From the NCBI RefSeq assembly GCF_000150275.1, contig NW_002060962.1:62001-126000 (forward strand): a DNA stretch of 64,000 bases, in the 5' to 3' direction. Below are positions 26,601 through 39,410 of this stretch, piece after piece. The stretch's first letter is position 1; each line of letters opens with the position of its first letter. Position numbers and translations under genes: made by a program. The DNA comes from Trichoplax adhaerens (lineage: Eukaryota > Animalia > Placozoa). The notes under the pieces were generated by a model. It was given only the letters and a program-made list of their open reading frames with translations, was not told where the DNA came from and made no database searches.

Positions 26601-27654
26601 GTTATCTCTGAACTATATATTGATAGATTATTACTTGTAGTAGAAGGTATTTATAGTATTGACATAGGTGTTGCTAAGAGAATGATAGGAATAATAACTT
26701 GTAGCAATTTCACAGCTAGGCTAGAATCTATTCGCAAGATAGTAATGCATGCAATTTTTCCCCCTTTTTTCTTTGTCCCCATTTATTACAATTGCTGGAT
26801 AGAAAACTAAGAAAAATGCGTCTGCCCGATAGGAAAGCATACAGGACACAACAGATGCAATTAAATTCACTGAAAATCATCTAGCTCGAGATCAACTTCT
26901 TGTCTCTAACCATGAAGAGCAGCAGATCGTTAATAAGGAAATTGAAAATTTACAATTCAGCGATAACCAGCAAATCTTAAATGATGAGCTATCGTCAGAA
27001 AATCCGACTCAACCTAGTTCTACTCTTGTTGAGCGAGATGATCAACAGTCTCATGATGATCAAGATCAGTACAATGATCAGATTTCGCTCAATAATTCCA
27101 ATCAACATACTGATTATACGGCTGAGAAAGAGACTCAAGAAGGAGATCAAGTAGAGTCTAATCAAAAATTAGACGATAATTTAAATCAGTCAAATCCAGA
27201 AGAAATCGATCAAGTTACTCTAGAAAATACCAATGGAGATCAGAAAGAACCAGTTACAAGCTCAGAAACTCAAGATATAGAGCACGATCGCGAAGAAATC
27301 CAACCAACACCAATCCAAGCCATTGAAGTTCAAGAATTACTTGAGAACGACCGACACGATGCTGATACTGCCAACCATCAGAAGGAAGAGCTAACTGCTA
27401 ATGCAGATGTCCAATATATACCGTCAAATCCTGAAGAAGTTCAATCAACATCAGTCCAAGCTACTGAAGTCAAAGAACAACTAAAGGGCAATCAGCAAAT
27501 TGATAGCGCTAATAGTCATCAACAGACTGAAGATAATGTTAATAGCCAACCACAAATTGACCAAGAAAAAAAAAATATTCAATCATCTGAATCTGATGCG
27601 GAAGATACTACTAGCAAAACAGATAACATTAACAACCAAGAAAACACTCAGTAA
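17623..27654 (+). CDS. DCDC2: Doublecortin domain-containing protein 2-like: two DCX domains plus an acidic, Q/N-rich tail, about 10 coding exons
   Basis: DCX1 in exon 17623-17921 (HVYRNGDRFY...GAVRNIYTPTFGH...YVAGGSEKF). DCX2 spans exons about 22222-23866 (IMVYTNGDEFIPP...GGVRKLCDLDGR...YVAVGIKKFQRLNY). A DCDC2-like C-terminal motif (GIFKAS...AKEIKDD/DTAVEKTVDMIKAEEVQEE) follows. The last exon (about 26812-27654) is open to TAA. Confidence 0.85.
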
Positions 27655-29248
27655 AATTGGAGAAAGCAGAAATCGTGCTGTAATAGTCGTAATGAATTTA
27701 TATTATCCTTCATTCCTAAAAATTTTTCTTGCACTATATAACATGCTAATCTTGTTAACGTAGATCAAGGCTAAGATTTATAATAATAGATCCTAGCCAT
27801 ACTATAAACTAATTCGACATAATTGGATTGTATGCAGAATACGATAAATCTATCATAGTTTAGTGGTCAAAAATCAGTTATATAGAAGAAACCATTTCAT
27901 CCCTGACATATTTATATTATTTTATAATAATATTTACATGGAATAGCTAATTCTTGTTAAACATCTAACTTATCGCCAATTGATGTTGTTTTAACGTCAT
28001 AATTAGGCCTTTAAGTCAGTTTTACAGACGTCTGATGATGCATTTCGCAGTAACTGTATCGAAGTATATCAATTTATTTAAATGTAGTTACAAGACTGTT
28101 TATCGGTCAACTATTGTTTTAAATTTGCTGTGTTAATATTCACCATAATTTACATCATACCACTATGAGGTAATGATTGATTTAAAAGTTTAATACTACT
28201 GCTACATGCGAACTGCACTGTATTCATTGTAATTTATAATTAAAGTGTTTACCGGTAGTCTTAGCTACATCATTTGTGGTACGAAAGCTAATTTAAATCA
28301 CTGTGTTCAGTATTTCCTGTATATCTACGATATATTTACCTTCACACAGCTATTAAAATAATACCGATATTTATTGTAGCCTTCTATTGCTACTAGTGTT
28401 ATCTATTTTGATATCTTATTATACTCTAAACTTTATTATTACTGCTAATTAAATCGGTCCAAAAGCGATAACTATCGATATATTCTTTATGCGATGAAAT
28501 AGAATTGTTTGGTATAGGCTATTTGGCCGATACACCCAATAGCTATTTGCCTAATTATAATTTATAATTAACTTAAATTATTTATCATGATTATTATATT
28601 TATTTTATAAATAATTATACATTGCAAATAGAAAACATCAAACTATTGGCAAGATAAAATTAATTTATATATCACAATTTAACCATTTTGCCAGTTATAT
28701 TGAGATTATTGCTTACAAACTAGGATCAATTCATATTTATTACAATAACGTTAAATAATATTTCTCTAGCCGCATCTTGTAGATATGATAACGTCTGCAT
28801 AATGTTAAAATTTTTCATAAAATTCATCCTTCGTTAAACTTTAATAAAAAAGGTTTACGTAGTAGTTTACACAAATTTATAATAATTATTATAATTAACC
28901 GCCTATTTTAAAAACTATGGTAGTTAGTTGTAGCAATCAAGGAAAGCTTGCACAGTCAATAATACAAAATTATGGGAAATCTGGTCCCACAACATCAGTA
29001 ACTCAACTATAAGCTCTAAGTCAACAGAATTGAAATTTATAGCATATATACATTTCAGCTATTATGTCATATAAACGTATAAAATAATATTTATACATAC
29101 GAGTACATGCATGTCCTATTTCTAGAATACGAGCGTATTGGCGATACGCGATATAACGATGGCAGCGTAAAGTTAAATCAAGTTGTAGCGATTAAAAGGA
29201 ACTATAAAATTTTCTTAAATTTTACCAGGACACCAAGCCATTTAAATT

Positions 29249-32200
29249 TTAATCTGAATTATCATTTAAGAATTCTTTCCTTTTCCTTTTTCTGCGATCT
29301 TGTCCGCTGCAGAATGATGAAGGAGACATACCCACAGACAAATCTAGATCAAGATCTTCTGGGGATAACTCTAATGTAAAAAGGCTTGAAGGTCCTACTT
29401 CTTTAATTTGTGACTGATGGTTGGTTTTAACGATATTCATTTTCTTACAGTTTTCGTAGTTTGCACCACCGCTACCACTGTTAGTATCATTCCTATTTGG
29501 TGAGACATTGCCTATGTGTTTTGACATTTGTGATAGGCCACTTGACGTGATAACATTGCCTTTCGGTATGACGCCAGTATCTTGCGAAGATTCAGTATCA
29601 TTTTTCGATTTAACTGCTACTTCGCTTACTTTACTGCTGCTATTCAATGTGCTGTTTGCAGAACTAAATAATTCGTCCTTGTTCTTGTTTTTTGTCCTAA
29701 CGTTTGTAAGTATAATTTCAAGATTATCCTCAGGTGGTTCAACATTCTTAGAAACCGATTTTTCTTGTACTTTAGAAATAGAATTAGAGGGTTTATCACG
29801 TTTACGTGATAACTGACTAGAATCAGCTGTAGAAGGAGACAAATGGCCTAAATCAAGTCTCTGTAGTACAAATTCACACTGCTTCTTAAATTCATCATCA
29901 GGATCGTCAGGAAATGACGAGTGTAAAACGTTTGCACCACCAAGTAAAGCTCCGCCATGCATTGATGACTCGATTAACATAACGGATACCACAGCGTCAG
30001 CAACTGTTACCTAATAGAACATATTTTAATATAACGTCAACAATTTGATAGAGCAGGATAGTAAAATAGAGTAACAAACCTCATTTCTCATCATTAGTCT
30101 CGCGTGAGCTTGAGCTAGCCTAACGCTACTTTCTAAAAGTCTTAAAGTTGTTCTGGTAGAATTCTTGTGGTCAGACTGCCTCTGTTTTTGATAATATTGC
30201 GAGAGAATTAGACTACTTGACGCAGTCATTTTTGGCTTGAATTTTTTCACGTAGCAGAGATAAGCTCGTAATTTCGTCATATTCCATAGCTCTGATTCAC
30301 TAGTTAAACAGGGAAAGAAGTAATATAAAAGATAATTACCCATATTATAATTTAAATTACTTTAAGATCTTGCTATCTACGGTGGGATATTATACTACTT
30401 GCATCATTACAACACGAGGACACGTTTACCTTGTGTCAAGAGATCGGCTATTCAAGATAAACGATGATACCAGTTTGTCCCAACTTTCATTAAAATTATC
30501 CATCATAATTAATACTAGATCGAATCGGCTAAGAAGAGGACTAGCCAGTGCGACGTTAACGCTTACAGATTCGTTAGGGTCATAATTGCCTTTAGGATTA
30601 GTTGCAGCAAGAATAGTAGTTCGTGTGTTTAATTTGCAGACTAAGCCAGCCTACATCATAAAGGAATAACGTTTCTGTTTTCTTATAATATTTATTTAAT
30701 AAGATATAATTAATTTAAATAAGTTATTCGCAAATAATTGTAATTCAGTATGGCATAAATTACCTTAGCAACACTTATCGTTTGCTGTTCCATCGCCTCA
30801 TGTATACTTGTGCGATCATGTTCTTGAATGCTGTTGAATTCATCAATACAACATAATCCGCCGTCAGCAAGTACTAAAGCGCCAGCTTCCAATTGCCATT
30901 CTCCTGAATCCTGATATGAAGGCGACTCAAATTTCAGAATCTGACGACTAAAACTCTATACAAGTATGTAATAATGTTGTACATACTTTGACAGCGGTTA
31001 CGGTTAATCCTGCGCTAGTGGAGCCGATACCGGTGGTTAAAACTGATCTCGGCATCACTCTAGCAGCATATTTTAAAAACTGTGATTTACCAGTTCCTAC
31101 GATTAATTAGTTAAAGGGATTTAAATTAGTTAAACTTGAAAAAATAATATCGATTTCGTGACCCAATTGTATTTACTGTATATATGCAATATCTATATAT
31201 AATACCTGGATCTCCGACAAGTAGTAGATGAGATTCTCCACGAATCTTTGTGCCAGATGAATCTATTCTTTGAACTCCTCCAATTAAAACTAAGGTTACT
31301 GCTAATTTGATTATGTACATACCATAAACTTGTGGACAAAAGGAGGATAGAATAAAATTTCGTCCTGCATATGGATTTTCTTTATAATTTTGCCAATGCT
31401 GAATAAATTGTTGCTCAAGTTCTACATGAGTAAACAGATGGATGTCCAGATTATTTGTGTATTTCGATAAATCATTCATATAAATGAATCGAAAAGGTAA
31501 CACGAATAAGAATGCATACAAAGCTATTCTCTTACATAAGGCAATTGATGTAAACGAATGAGTGAGTGATTTTCTAATTACCTGGCGTAATAGCAATTCG
31601 AGTGCGCTGTTCATTATTAACTTGTATATGATTGACTTTGAGAACGATTTCCACATCACACCGTTGATCAGTTGATAAAAATCTCCATCTACGACAAATG
31701 AGCCCGGTCAGGGTAACATCATCTCCAGGTTTGCAAGAGTCAACTAAATCATCCTCTAAGACAGCTATTATTGACTGAGGGATCTATGGGTTTGATTTTA
31801 ATTAAAGAAAATGATGACAGTTTTCAAGAAGGATATTATGAGCGCATCTAGTAAAAGCTTACGTATAATTGTATACGGTAGATTCTATCATTGCTTCCAC
31901 TGTCAGCTTAAATATTCCGAACATACTTTACATTCTTTTAGGTCATTTATTATTAACTTGATTGTAAAAGCATGATTTTCACTATGGACGTTTGACCATG
32001 TCAACTACTTTCAGGTTAACTATCCCATGACTAGTACATTCTATCCTATCCTCTACTTTTTAGTTTAAATACTGTATGTACTGTATGTATATTGTGCGTA
32101 TGTATAACTATGAATATTCCAATTCTAATTCTATGATGTGATTTATTTTTCAGCTTTATTATTGCCTGTTCATGATCACTATGCAATATGCACATTCTAT

Positions 32201-33295
32201 GATGTCATCCACTTTCTCACTGCATCATTATATAGGCACGACTACTGTACGTCTATTCTATGATGCCATGCATTTCAGCTTCAATATTACGTAAGTACGA
32301 CTATGTCCATTCTACCATGTCATCCATTTTAGTTTAATTATTACGTCAATAGGACTATGTGCATTCTATTATGTCATCCAATTTTAGCTTAATTATGACG
32401 TGAGTACATAGTAGGACTACCAGCATAGCATGTAGTGCTATCTCGTATACCTATTTCAGCTTAACTTAAACTATCATCATCATGAATTAATCAATTGAGC
32501 AGGATACCGTTCCCAGGGGTAATTTCTGTACTTGTTCTTGAATGACAATTTCTTGATAGTCACGATTTGATGGAGATGTCGATTCACCATTGGTCATTGG
32601 TATAAATTTACGCGAGGTGCAGCCATCAATCGATGGGCAAATTGTTGGTTTTTTAATGACAAAATTTCTCTCTAGTTCAACAGGTACTTTAAAGTTTAAT
32701 CCACACTCGGAACAGACAAATGTTTTCTCGTATTCGAGTACCTTAGCTATGCCAGCTCGAACAACGTTGGCTACAAGCATAAGAATCAAAATCCATTTAC
32801 AATACTTGTCATCAAGAACTTATGACTGATGTAAGACAATGATGGACAATTCCCTCGACCTGCTGTACCTGTTATGGAAACAAAACGTCCTACATCTTCT
32901 GATTGTGGAATGCTATAGCGATAGATTTCCTTGACGTTAGCATAATCTGCGTTGTGCAATCTCGAATGGATATTTTTCTTGATTGTTAGCCGATCATTTC
33001 CACTATGTCGAATAATATCGGTCTGGATTCGCTTGACTGCTTCGTCCAAAGTTGATAATAAAAATTGGGGTCGGTCCAACAACAACGGTAAGATCTCTTG
33101 AACTGTATTGGCCAAGAAGAAAACATCAATATTGATAGGATAATGGCGTCTTGGATCTTCCCCTAATAATACTGTTTCAATTTCTGTTGCAAGATTTTTG
33201 GTTAAGTACGATTGGATTAGATCAATAAAGTCGTCATTGGTTTGATCAATCTCTTGCAGCGAACATGTTGATTCATCACTTGAATTTGCCGCCAT
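29249..33295 (-). CDS. MCM9: DNA helicase MCM9, about 9 exons
   Basis: Zn-finger CSEC...CP...C; [14 protein letters not shown]; [15 protein letters not shown]; [15 protein letters not shown]; [18 protein letters not shown] (Walker A); [19 protein letters not shown] (Walker B); [13 protein letters not shown]; LLSRFDL (Arg finger); [19 protein letters not shown]. The long disordered C-terminal extension and the GGLCCIDEF and ILAATNPKG motifs fit MCM9. Confidence 0.93.
32127..32420. repeat. Degenerate ~55-65 bp tandem array (about 5 copies) in MCM9 intron 2
   Basis: Recurring ATTCTATGATGTCATCCA.TTTYAGCTTAATTATTACGT...GACTATGT.C. Confidence 0.8.
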
Positions 33296-33331
33296 TCTTC
33301 CTCCATCGTCTTGGTACTGTCTAGCTCATTC

Positions 33332-33880
33332 TGTGTGGACGGTATGGACTGTGGACAGGACTGTGTTGAGTATGCTCACTCGCTTAGTGCTTTACAGTGT
33401 ACAGTGTACCGTACAGTCATGCTGCACCGTGACGCTGGAGAACCTGTACACTGTACAGTACAGTACAGTACAGTACAGTCTACACGTGTGGACGGTATGG
33501 ACTCTGGACAGAACCGTGTTGAGTATGCTCAGTGCTTTACAGTGTACAGTGTACCGTACAATCATGCTGCACCGTGACGCTGGAGAACCTGTACTCAGTA
33601 CTGTACAGTACACGTGTGGACGGCATAGACTGTGGACAGGACTGTGTTGAGTATGCTCACTTATTCAGTGCTTTACAGTGTACAGTGTACCGTACAGTCA
33701 TGCTGCACCGTGACGCTGGAGAACCTGTACTGTACACGACGTATGGACAGTATGGACTCTGGACAGGACTGTGTTGAGTACGTAACTTGAGTATGCTCAC
33801 TTGCTCAGTGCTTTACAGTGTACAGTGTACCGTACAGTCATGTTGCACTGTGACGCTGGAGAACCTGTACTGTACTGTAC
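33332..33880. repeat. Tandem array, 4 copies of about 125-155 bp, between divergent MCM9 and PRSS16-like genes
   Basis: The unit GTGTGGACGGTATGGACTGTGGACAGGACTGTGTTGAGTATGCTCA...GTGCTTTACAGTGTACAGTGTACCGTACAGTCATGCTGCACCGTGACGCTGGAGAACCTGTAC starts at about 33332, 33486, 33614 and 33740. The junctions vary in CAGTA/CTGTA units. Confidence 0.95.
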
Positions 33881-33999
33881 ACTTGTACAGCTTCGGAAAC
33901 TTGTCATTTCGTCACCAATCCTCACATCAATTTTAGACATCAACATCGAAGCGAGCACTATCAAGACTCTAAAAGTTGGGAAAATTACCGATATCCAAG

Positions 34000-36900
34000 A
34001 TGAAATTATCCATCTGTTTGCTCGTTTGTTTATCTACATTGACACTAGCTGTACCGCATTTTATGCATGGTAGACCCGCTAGTGGTTTGGTTCCTCCACC
34101 ACCGTTGGAGTTGCCCATCGAAGCCTTACCGAAAGCACAATATTTCAAGATGCAAAAGCTCGATCATTTCGATCATACCAATACTGCGGTTTGGTCGCAA
34201 CGCTATTTCGTCAACGATACTTTTCATAAAAAAGGCGGTCCAATCTTTCTTATGCTAGGAGGAGAAGGGCCTGCATCACCAGTGTGGAATGTAGCTGGTG
34301 CCTGGCAAATCTATGCTAAAAAATTAAATGCCATCACCATCCAAATTGAGCATCGATATTATGGCCAAAGTCATCCTGTCAGGTGAAGGGCACGTGATCT
34401 AGTGCTTACAAGATAGTAGACTGTCGATCTTTTTTCCATTTTATTATATTTACCGATCTGAACAAATACTTAGTCAAGAAATCAATTTGTCCTTTAGGAT
34501 TCATGTACTTTACACTGATACTGTATTGATGATGCCTATGGAATAGCGTGTATTGATTAATTACATTGAAAAACCTTCCACGGTCTCCATGTTTCAGTGA
34601 TTTCTCCTCCTTCAGATACTATAGCCTTGAGACACACGATATGATGGAAATACTTATACTACAAACTGTCGTTGTCAGAGTTCACCCAGTTATTCCATAG
34701 CGCAAGATTACATGCAGACTGTAAATATTGTCATTTATTACCAAGATACACTTTCTAGTTGATCACGATCGATACATTCAGCAATACCAGTCTACAATGG
34801 TGAAATGAAACGATGCAACTGTGGTGTGTTAGAAAAATGAGTCTTGTTGTTTATATAAGATAAATCAATTAATTTGAAAGCCCCGCAGTAGTCATCCAAG
34901 ACTAGCGTTTTACCCTACAGCAAATAAATACAGTAGAATTTTTTCCCATCTGTCTTAGTTATCAATACTCTGAGTGTAGGATAAAAATTGTAGTAGTAAC
35001 TCTCACGATGCAGGATATAAAGTATGCGATATACTGTACACAGTGAATGACTTGACGATCAGTTTTTTCAATCGGTCAAGAAGTACTCATCAAATAAATA
35101 CAGTCATATGAAAAAGAAATGGAGTAGTTCCTGATACAGTCTTAGCAAAACGGCCATAGCTTGATGACTCAGCTAGGCTGCCAGCGCGTATTATAGTCTT
35201 ATGATATTAATAGATCATCAAGCAATATTCGTAAATAATTATATTATCATTCATAATAACCGTATCAGCGTATAAATAATATGCAGCACAGTAGTACTGT
35301 ATAGGCCTAACTTTGAGATAGGTCACCTTAATTGTTATGATTGATGTCGCTAATTTTGATTCTTTCCAATCTATCTATCCTTACCGATAAAATGCAGTGA
35401 TGCTTCCACTCCTAACTTAAAGTACCTAAGCAGTGAGCAAGCTTTGGCTGATGCTGCTTATTTCCGAGAATATTTCATGACAAGTAAAAATATGTCAGCT
35501 GATACGAAATGGATTGTTTTTGGAGGTTCATACTCTGGAGCTTTGAGCGCTTGGTTACGAACAAAGTATCCACACTTATTTCATGCTTCAGTTGCAACTA
35601 GTGCTCCTATTTTGGCCAAGGTAGATTTCGAGCAGTACTTGCAAGTCGTTACTAAATCTCTTCAAACTGCTGGTATGGCCTGTACTAAAAACATCCACAA
35701 TGCTACAACAATAATACAAGGGATGATAAAAACTTCCGCCGGAAGAAAAAAGTTATCTCAAATGTTCAAGTATGTTCACTCTTGCTACTACTGAATCATG
35801 TACTATGCAAAAGCGATAATATACTACAAAGTACTTTCAATTGCCAAATATATATACGAGTATATAGAGGATATACGCGAACATACAATTATTGATCACA
35901 ATTTCTATAGCCTTTAAAGTCTAAACTTTCTTACTATCATTTATTATGTTATTGATGCTACAGAACGTGCAAGCCTTTGAGTAAAGACCCGAATGACATT
36001 TCTACCTTTATGCAAAGCCTAGCAGGAAATTTTGAAGGAATTGTTCAGTATAATAAAGATAATACCGGATTTGAGGTATATTGAGACTGATAACAATTAT
36101 CTGTATCACACTTTGCGTCATTATCTCCATAGTCGCTTTATATCAGTATTATTTACATCTTATGTCATTGCAGTCTTACTGTTCTTGTATACAAATCCTT
36201 ATTTATATGCATACTAACGGCTTTATAATCCTCAGTATAAGATAGGTTATATGCTGTGCTAACTGACCCTACTCATTTTATTCATTCAGCGCCATACTCC
36301 TGCAACAACATTGACAGATTTATGCAAAATTATGGAAAAGAACAAGCCTCTCGATGGATACGTAAAAGTAAATTCCTTGATACTTAAACAGAATGGTCAA
36401 AAGTGTAACGATGTCGTATACAAAGATATGATAAAACAAATGCAACAGAGCAAATTTCAACCAGGAATTGCAGGTCTTTTTCGCAAATTTTGATCTATTC
36501 TGTACTTTGTTAATGACAGCAATGACATGAAATTTAAGATTTAGATTCTGAAATGGTATGATTCTGTTTTATCATTTAAGGTCGATTATGGTTCTATCAG
36601 ACTTGTACCGAATTTGGATATTACCAAACGTCAGACTCTAAGAAGCAGTCCTTTGGAAACATGTTTCCCATAAAGTACGTATTGAAAATCTATTGAAATA
36701 GTAATTAATTACTGCCGTATTCCCATCGTATTTTTCATTAAGCGATCATGTTTTTGATTACTCTATAGATACTGGGTTCAGCAATGTGCTGACGTTTTCG
36801 GAAAAAAGTTTTCACCTTCGTATATAAACGGCGAAATAACAATGACTAACAATTATTATGGAGCGTTGGCAATAAAAGGTACTCGCATCGTCTTCCCAAA

Positions 36901-37185
36901 TGGTTCAATAGATCCGTGGCATGCACTCGGCCTTCTTAAATCTACTGATGCAACCAGACCAACAATTTTTATTAAGGGTATATTTTTTATGAAATGATTT
37001 ATTGCGTGGTAATTTAAACGTAATGTACGTAAATATCTCACATGGTATAATCGATTTGTTATAATTTAGGTACTGCTCATTGTGCTAACATGTACCCACC
37101 TACATCGAAAGATCCCGCAGGGCTTAGACAAGCTCGCACAAAAATCCTCGGTTATCTTACCAAGTGGTTGAAGGAAAAGTCCTAA
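34000..37185 (+). CDS. Secreted serine peptidase, family S28 (thymus-specific serine protease/PRSS16-like), 7 exons
   Basis: Signal peptide MKLSICLLVCLSTLTLA; QKLDHF...QRYF; PIFLMLGGEG; EHRYYGQS; LSSEQALADAA; GGSYSG (catalytic Ser); WFYQTCTEFGYYQT; NGSIDPWH (Asp); GTAHCANM (His). The GGEG/ALSAW/EFG pattern favours the PRSS16 branch over PRCP/DPP7. Confidence 0.92.
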
Positions 37186-38891
37186 AGCTCAAAAATTTTA
37201 GTTGAGATGTATTGTTCTCAAATTTTAAGTAACTCTTAATACAGATCATTTGTTCTTCGAATTAGCCGAAAAAGTAACTGATATTCATGTTGTAAAAATG
37301 ATTCTACGATAATATAGCAACGGTAGCATAAAGGCATGAACATTGAGATATCTTCCTTTCCGTTATTCTAGCTGCACTAACTGTAGTTTCATGATTGTGC
37401 AGTACACGAAAAGCGATATAGTATATTTTTCTATTAAAATCAATTGTATTGGACTACTAGATATAGCAACAAATAGCAAATTACTTCTTGGAAATAAATT
37501 TCTCGAACTATTAGCTCGCATTGCCTAGTAATAGTTTTTTGAGTTACACTTTTTATTCTCTAAATAAGATTTAAAGTCTTCTATGATTTATTGCTATAAA
37601 ATTAGGTCAACTGCTTCATTATGACAACTTAACTTGTACCGATTTAATAACTGAAAGTAAAAACGTCTATTATACGACTTTCTAAGGTGTTCTTAAACAG
37701 GGGATGTGAAAAGGCTGCAGCTACAATTAATTCTCTGCAAGATTTAGTCAAAGTAAACTCTATCTTTAGCTACTTTTTGTACTAGTTTTCTTAGTCTCAG
37801 TATAACAGATGACTATGCGTCAACCTATCACTACTCAGAAATGATTAGTTCATAGCAGTAGATGTATCAATGGCAAATATGTAAAAAAAGATCGATATTA
37901 AATATTATTGCCTGACTCTACTAGCCACGCTAAGCAGTGTGTAAATTAGGCCTCACTTAATATATAATAAGATGCACTCTAATATTGCCACACGAGCATA
38001 TTTCTTCTAGTTATTTCTATAAAAACCTATTAACAAGCTATTGTTCATTCCCTTTTTACTAGTGAACTATAAAAATTAGCTTTAGATGCGATAAAGATAC
38101 TACTTCGTTAAGATTCGATATTGAAATAATACGATCACTTCATTGATTATTGTTAGTGCCTTGCTTTATTTCACACAAAGTTGATGCGATTCTGTCATAC
38201 AACTTTAAATATCAAGAGTCCTTTGAGTAACAAGCTATTAATACAATCTTAAACATTAGATGAAATAAAGAACGTTTATGATAACATCAACACTTTTATA
38301 ACATTTTTCTATTGATAAAATTGAATTAAGGAATCTGAACGAGAATTAGACATGCAGCAAACAACATTAATGAAAGCACAATTAACACTTAAAGAGTAAC
38401 CAACATTAAGGTTTCATATATTCGTCTATTAGAGTTGAATAGGATACAATTGTTACTAAAATCATCTCGTCGACTTAAGTATATCATCTCTCTAACAATA
38501 TGCCCAAACAAACAAAAAAGAATAATAACCTTGCTAATTGTTAATCATTTGTTAAATAGCGTCAGCAAAGTATCACAATCTCAAGTATCATATAAGGATC
38601 AATTAATCACATATCTTTATGATAATACTAGCGTAGCAATTATAACATATAGTCATATCTCTTAAATAGTAATTGCTACTATCCGTACTGTATATGATGA
38701 AAAACATATACTGAATACATAATCACATATTAGCTTGATTTATTGCATCAGAGTCTTCAAATTAGTCCTAGATCATAGCTTCAGTCCTCTAATCTTTTCA
38801 CTATTCAATATACAGTCTGGTTACAATAATCGAAATGCGAAATTTTGCTGAAGGTCAGATTTCATTATCATTTCATGCTGCATGTCAGGTA

Positions 38892-39392
38892 TGCTGATAG
38901 AGCCACATACCAAATCTCTTGCCATTTGGTGGCATTTTATCATCGCGTGCTATATGTACTATACTGATTACGGAATATGCCGATAAAAAGCGATATACCA
39001 AACAGTTTCTAGTCATTAGCAAGTTTGTTATTATTTCCTGCTGTATGAACTATCTTGATTTATAGCGGATGCTGATAGAAGCCATATACCAAATCAATTT
39101 CCAATAATTTATAGTTTCTATTATCATTTCGTAATAAAATAGATGCTTTAAATTATAGAATAAGCCGGTAAAAGCGATATACCAAAATCAATTTCCAGTT
39201 ATTCATTCTTTGTTTTCATACTACGCGTAGAATTTTTGATTTGCGGAAAAATTTCTTATAGAAGCTATCCAAATCAATCTCAGTCATTAAATAGATTTCG
39301 CTGGCACTTTATACTATCTTTACGGCATCGATTAATGGAAGCAACTGATAGAAGTCATATACCGGTACCGAAATCAAATTTTCAGTCATTTG
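38892..39392. repeat. Degenerate ~90-bp tandem array (about 6 copies) immediately 3' of the bZIP stop codon
   Basis: GCYGATAGAAGCCATATACCAAATCAATTTCCAGTCATT-like motif at about 38893, 38979, 39071, 39164, 39256 and 39345. Confidence 0.8.
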
Positions 39393-39410
39393 CAATTTTA
39401 TGCTACATAT

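Noticed and set aside
27500-27763. 87-aa ORF at the end of the DCDC2-like gene
   Set aside because: It is an alternative frame of the real terminal exon, which ends at 27654.
29508-29816. 102-aa plus-strand ORF, and other antisense ORFs at 1305, 30370, 32590, 40363, 51724 and 52369
   Set aside because: These are shadows of real exons on the opposite strand and have no independent homology.
33332-33880. CRISPR-like appearance of regularly spaced repeats (also 54722-55480 and 59700-60500)
   Set aside because: The whole unit is repeated with no unique spacers, there are no cas genes, and the context is eukaryotic.
33311-34073. Five overlapping ORFs of 73-105 aa from the ORF track
   Set aside because: They are translations of the stop-poor tandem array. 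The peptides repeat with the DNA unit in several frames and on both strands.
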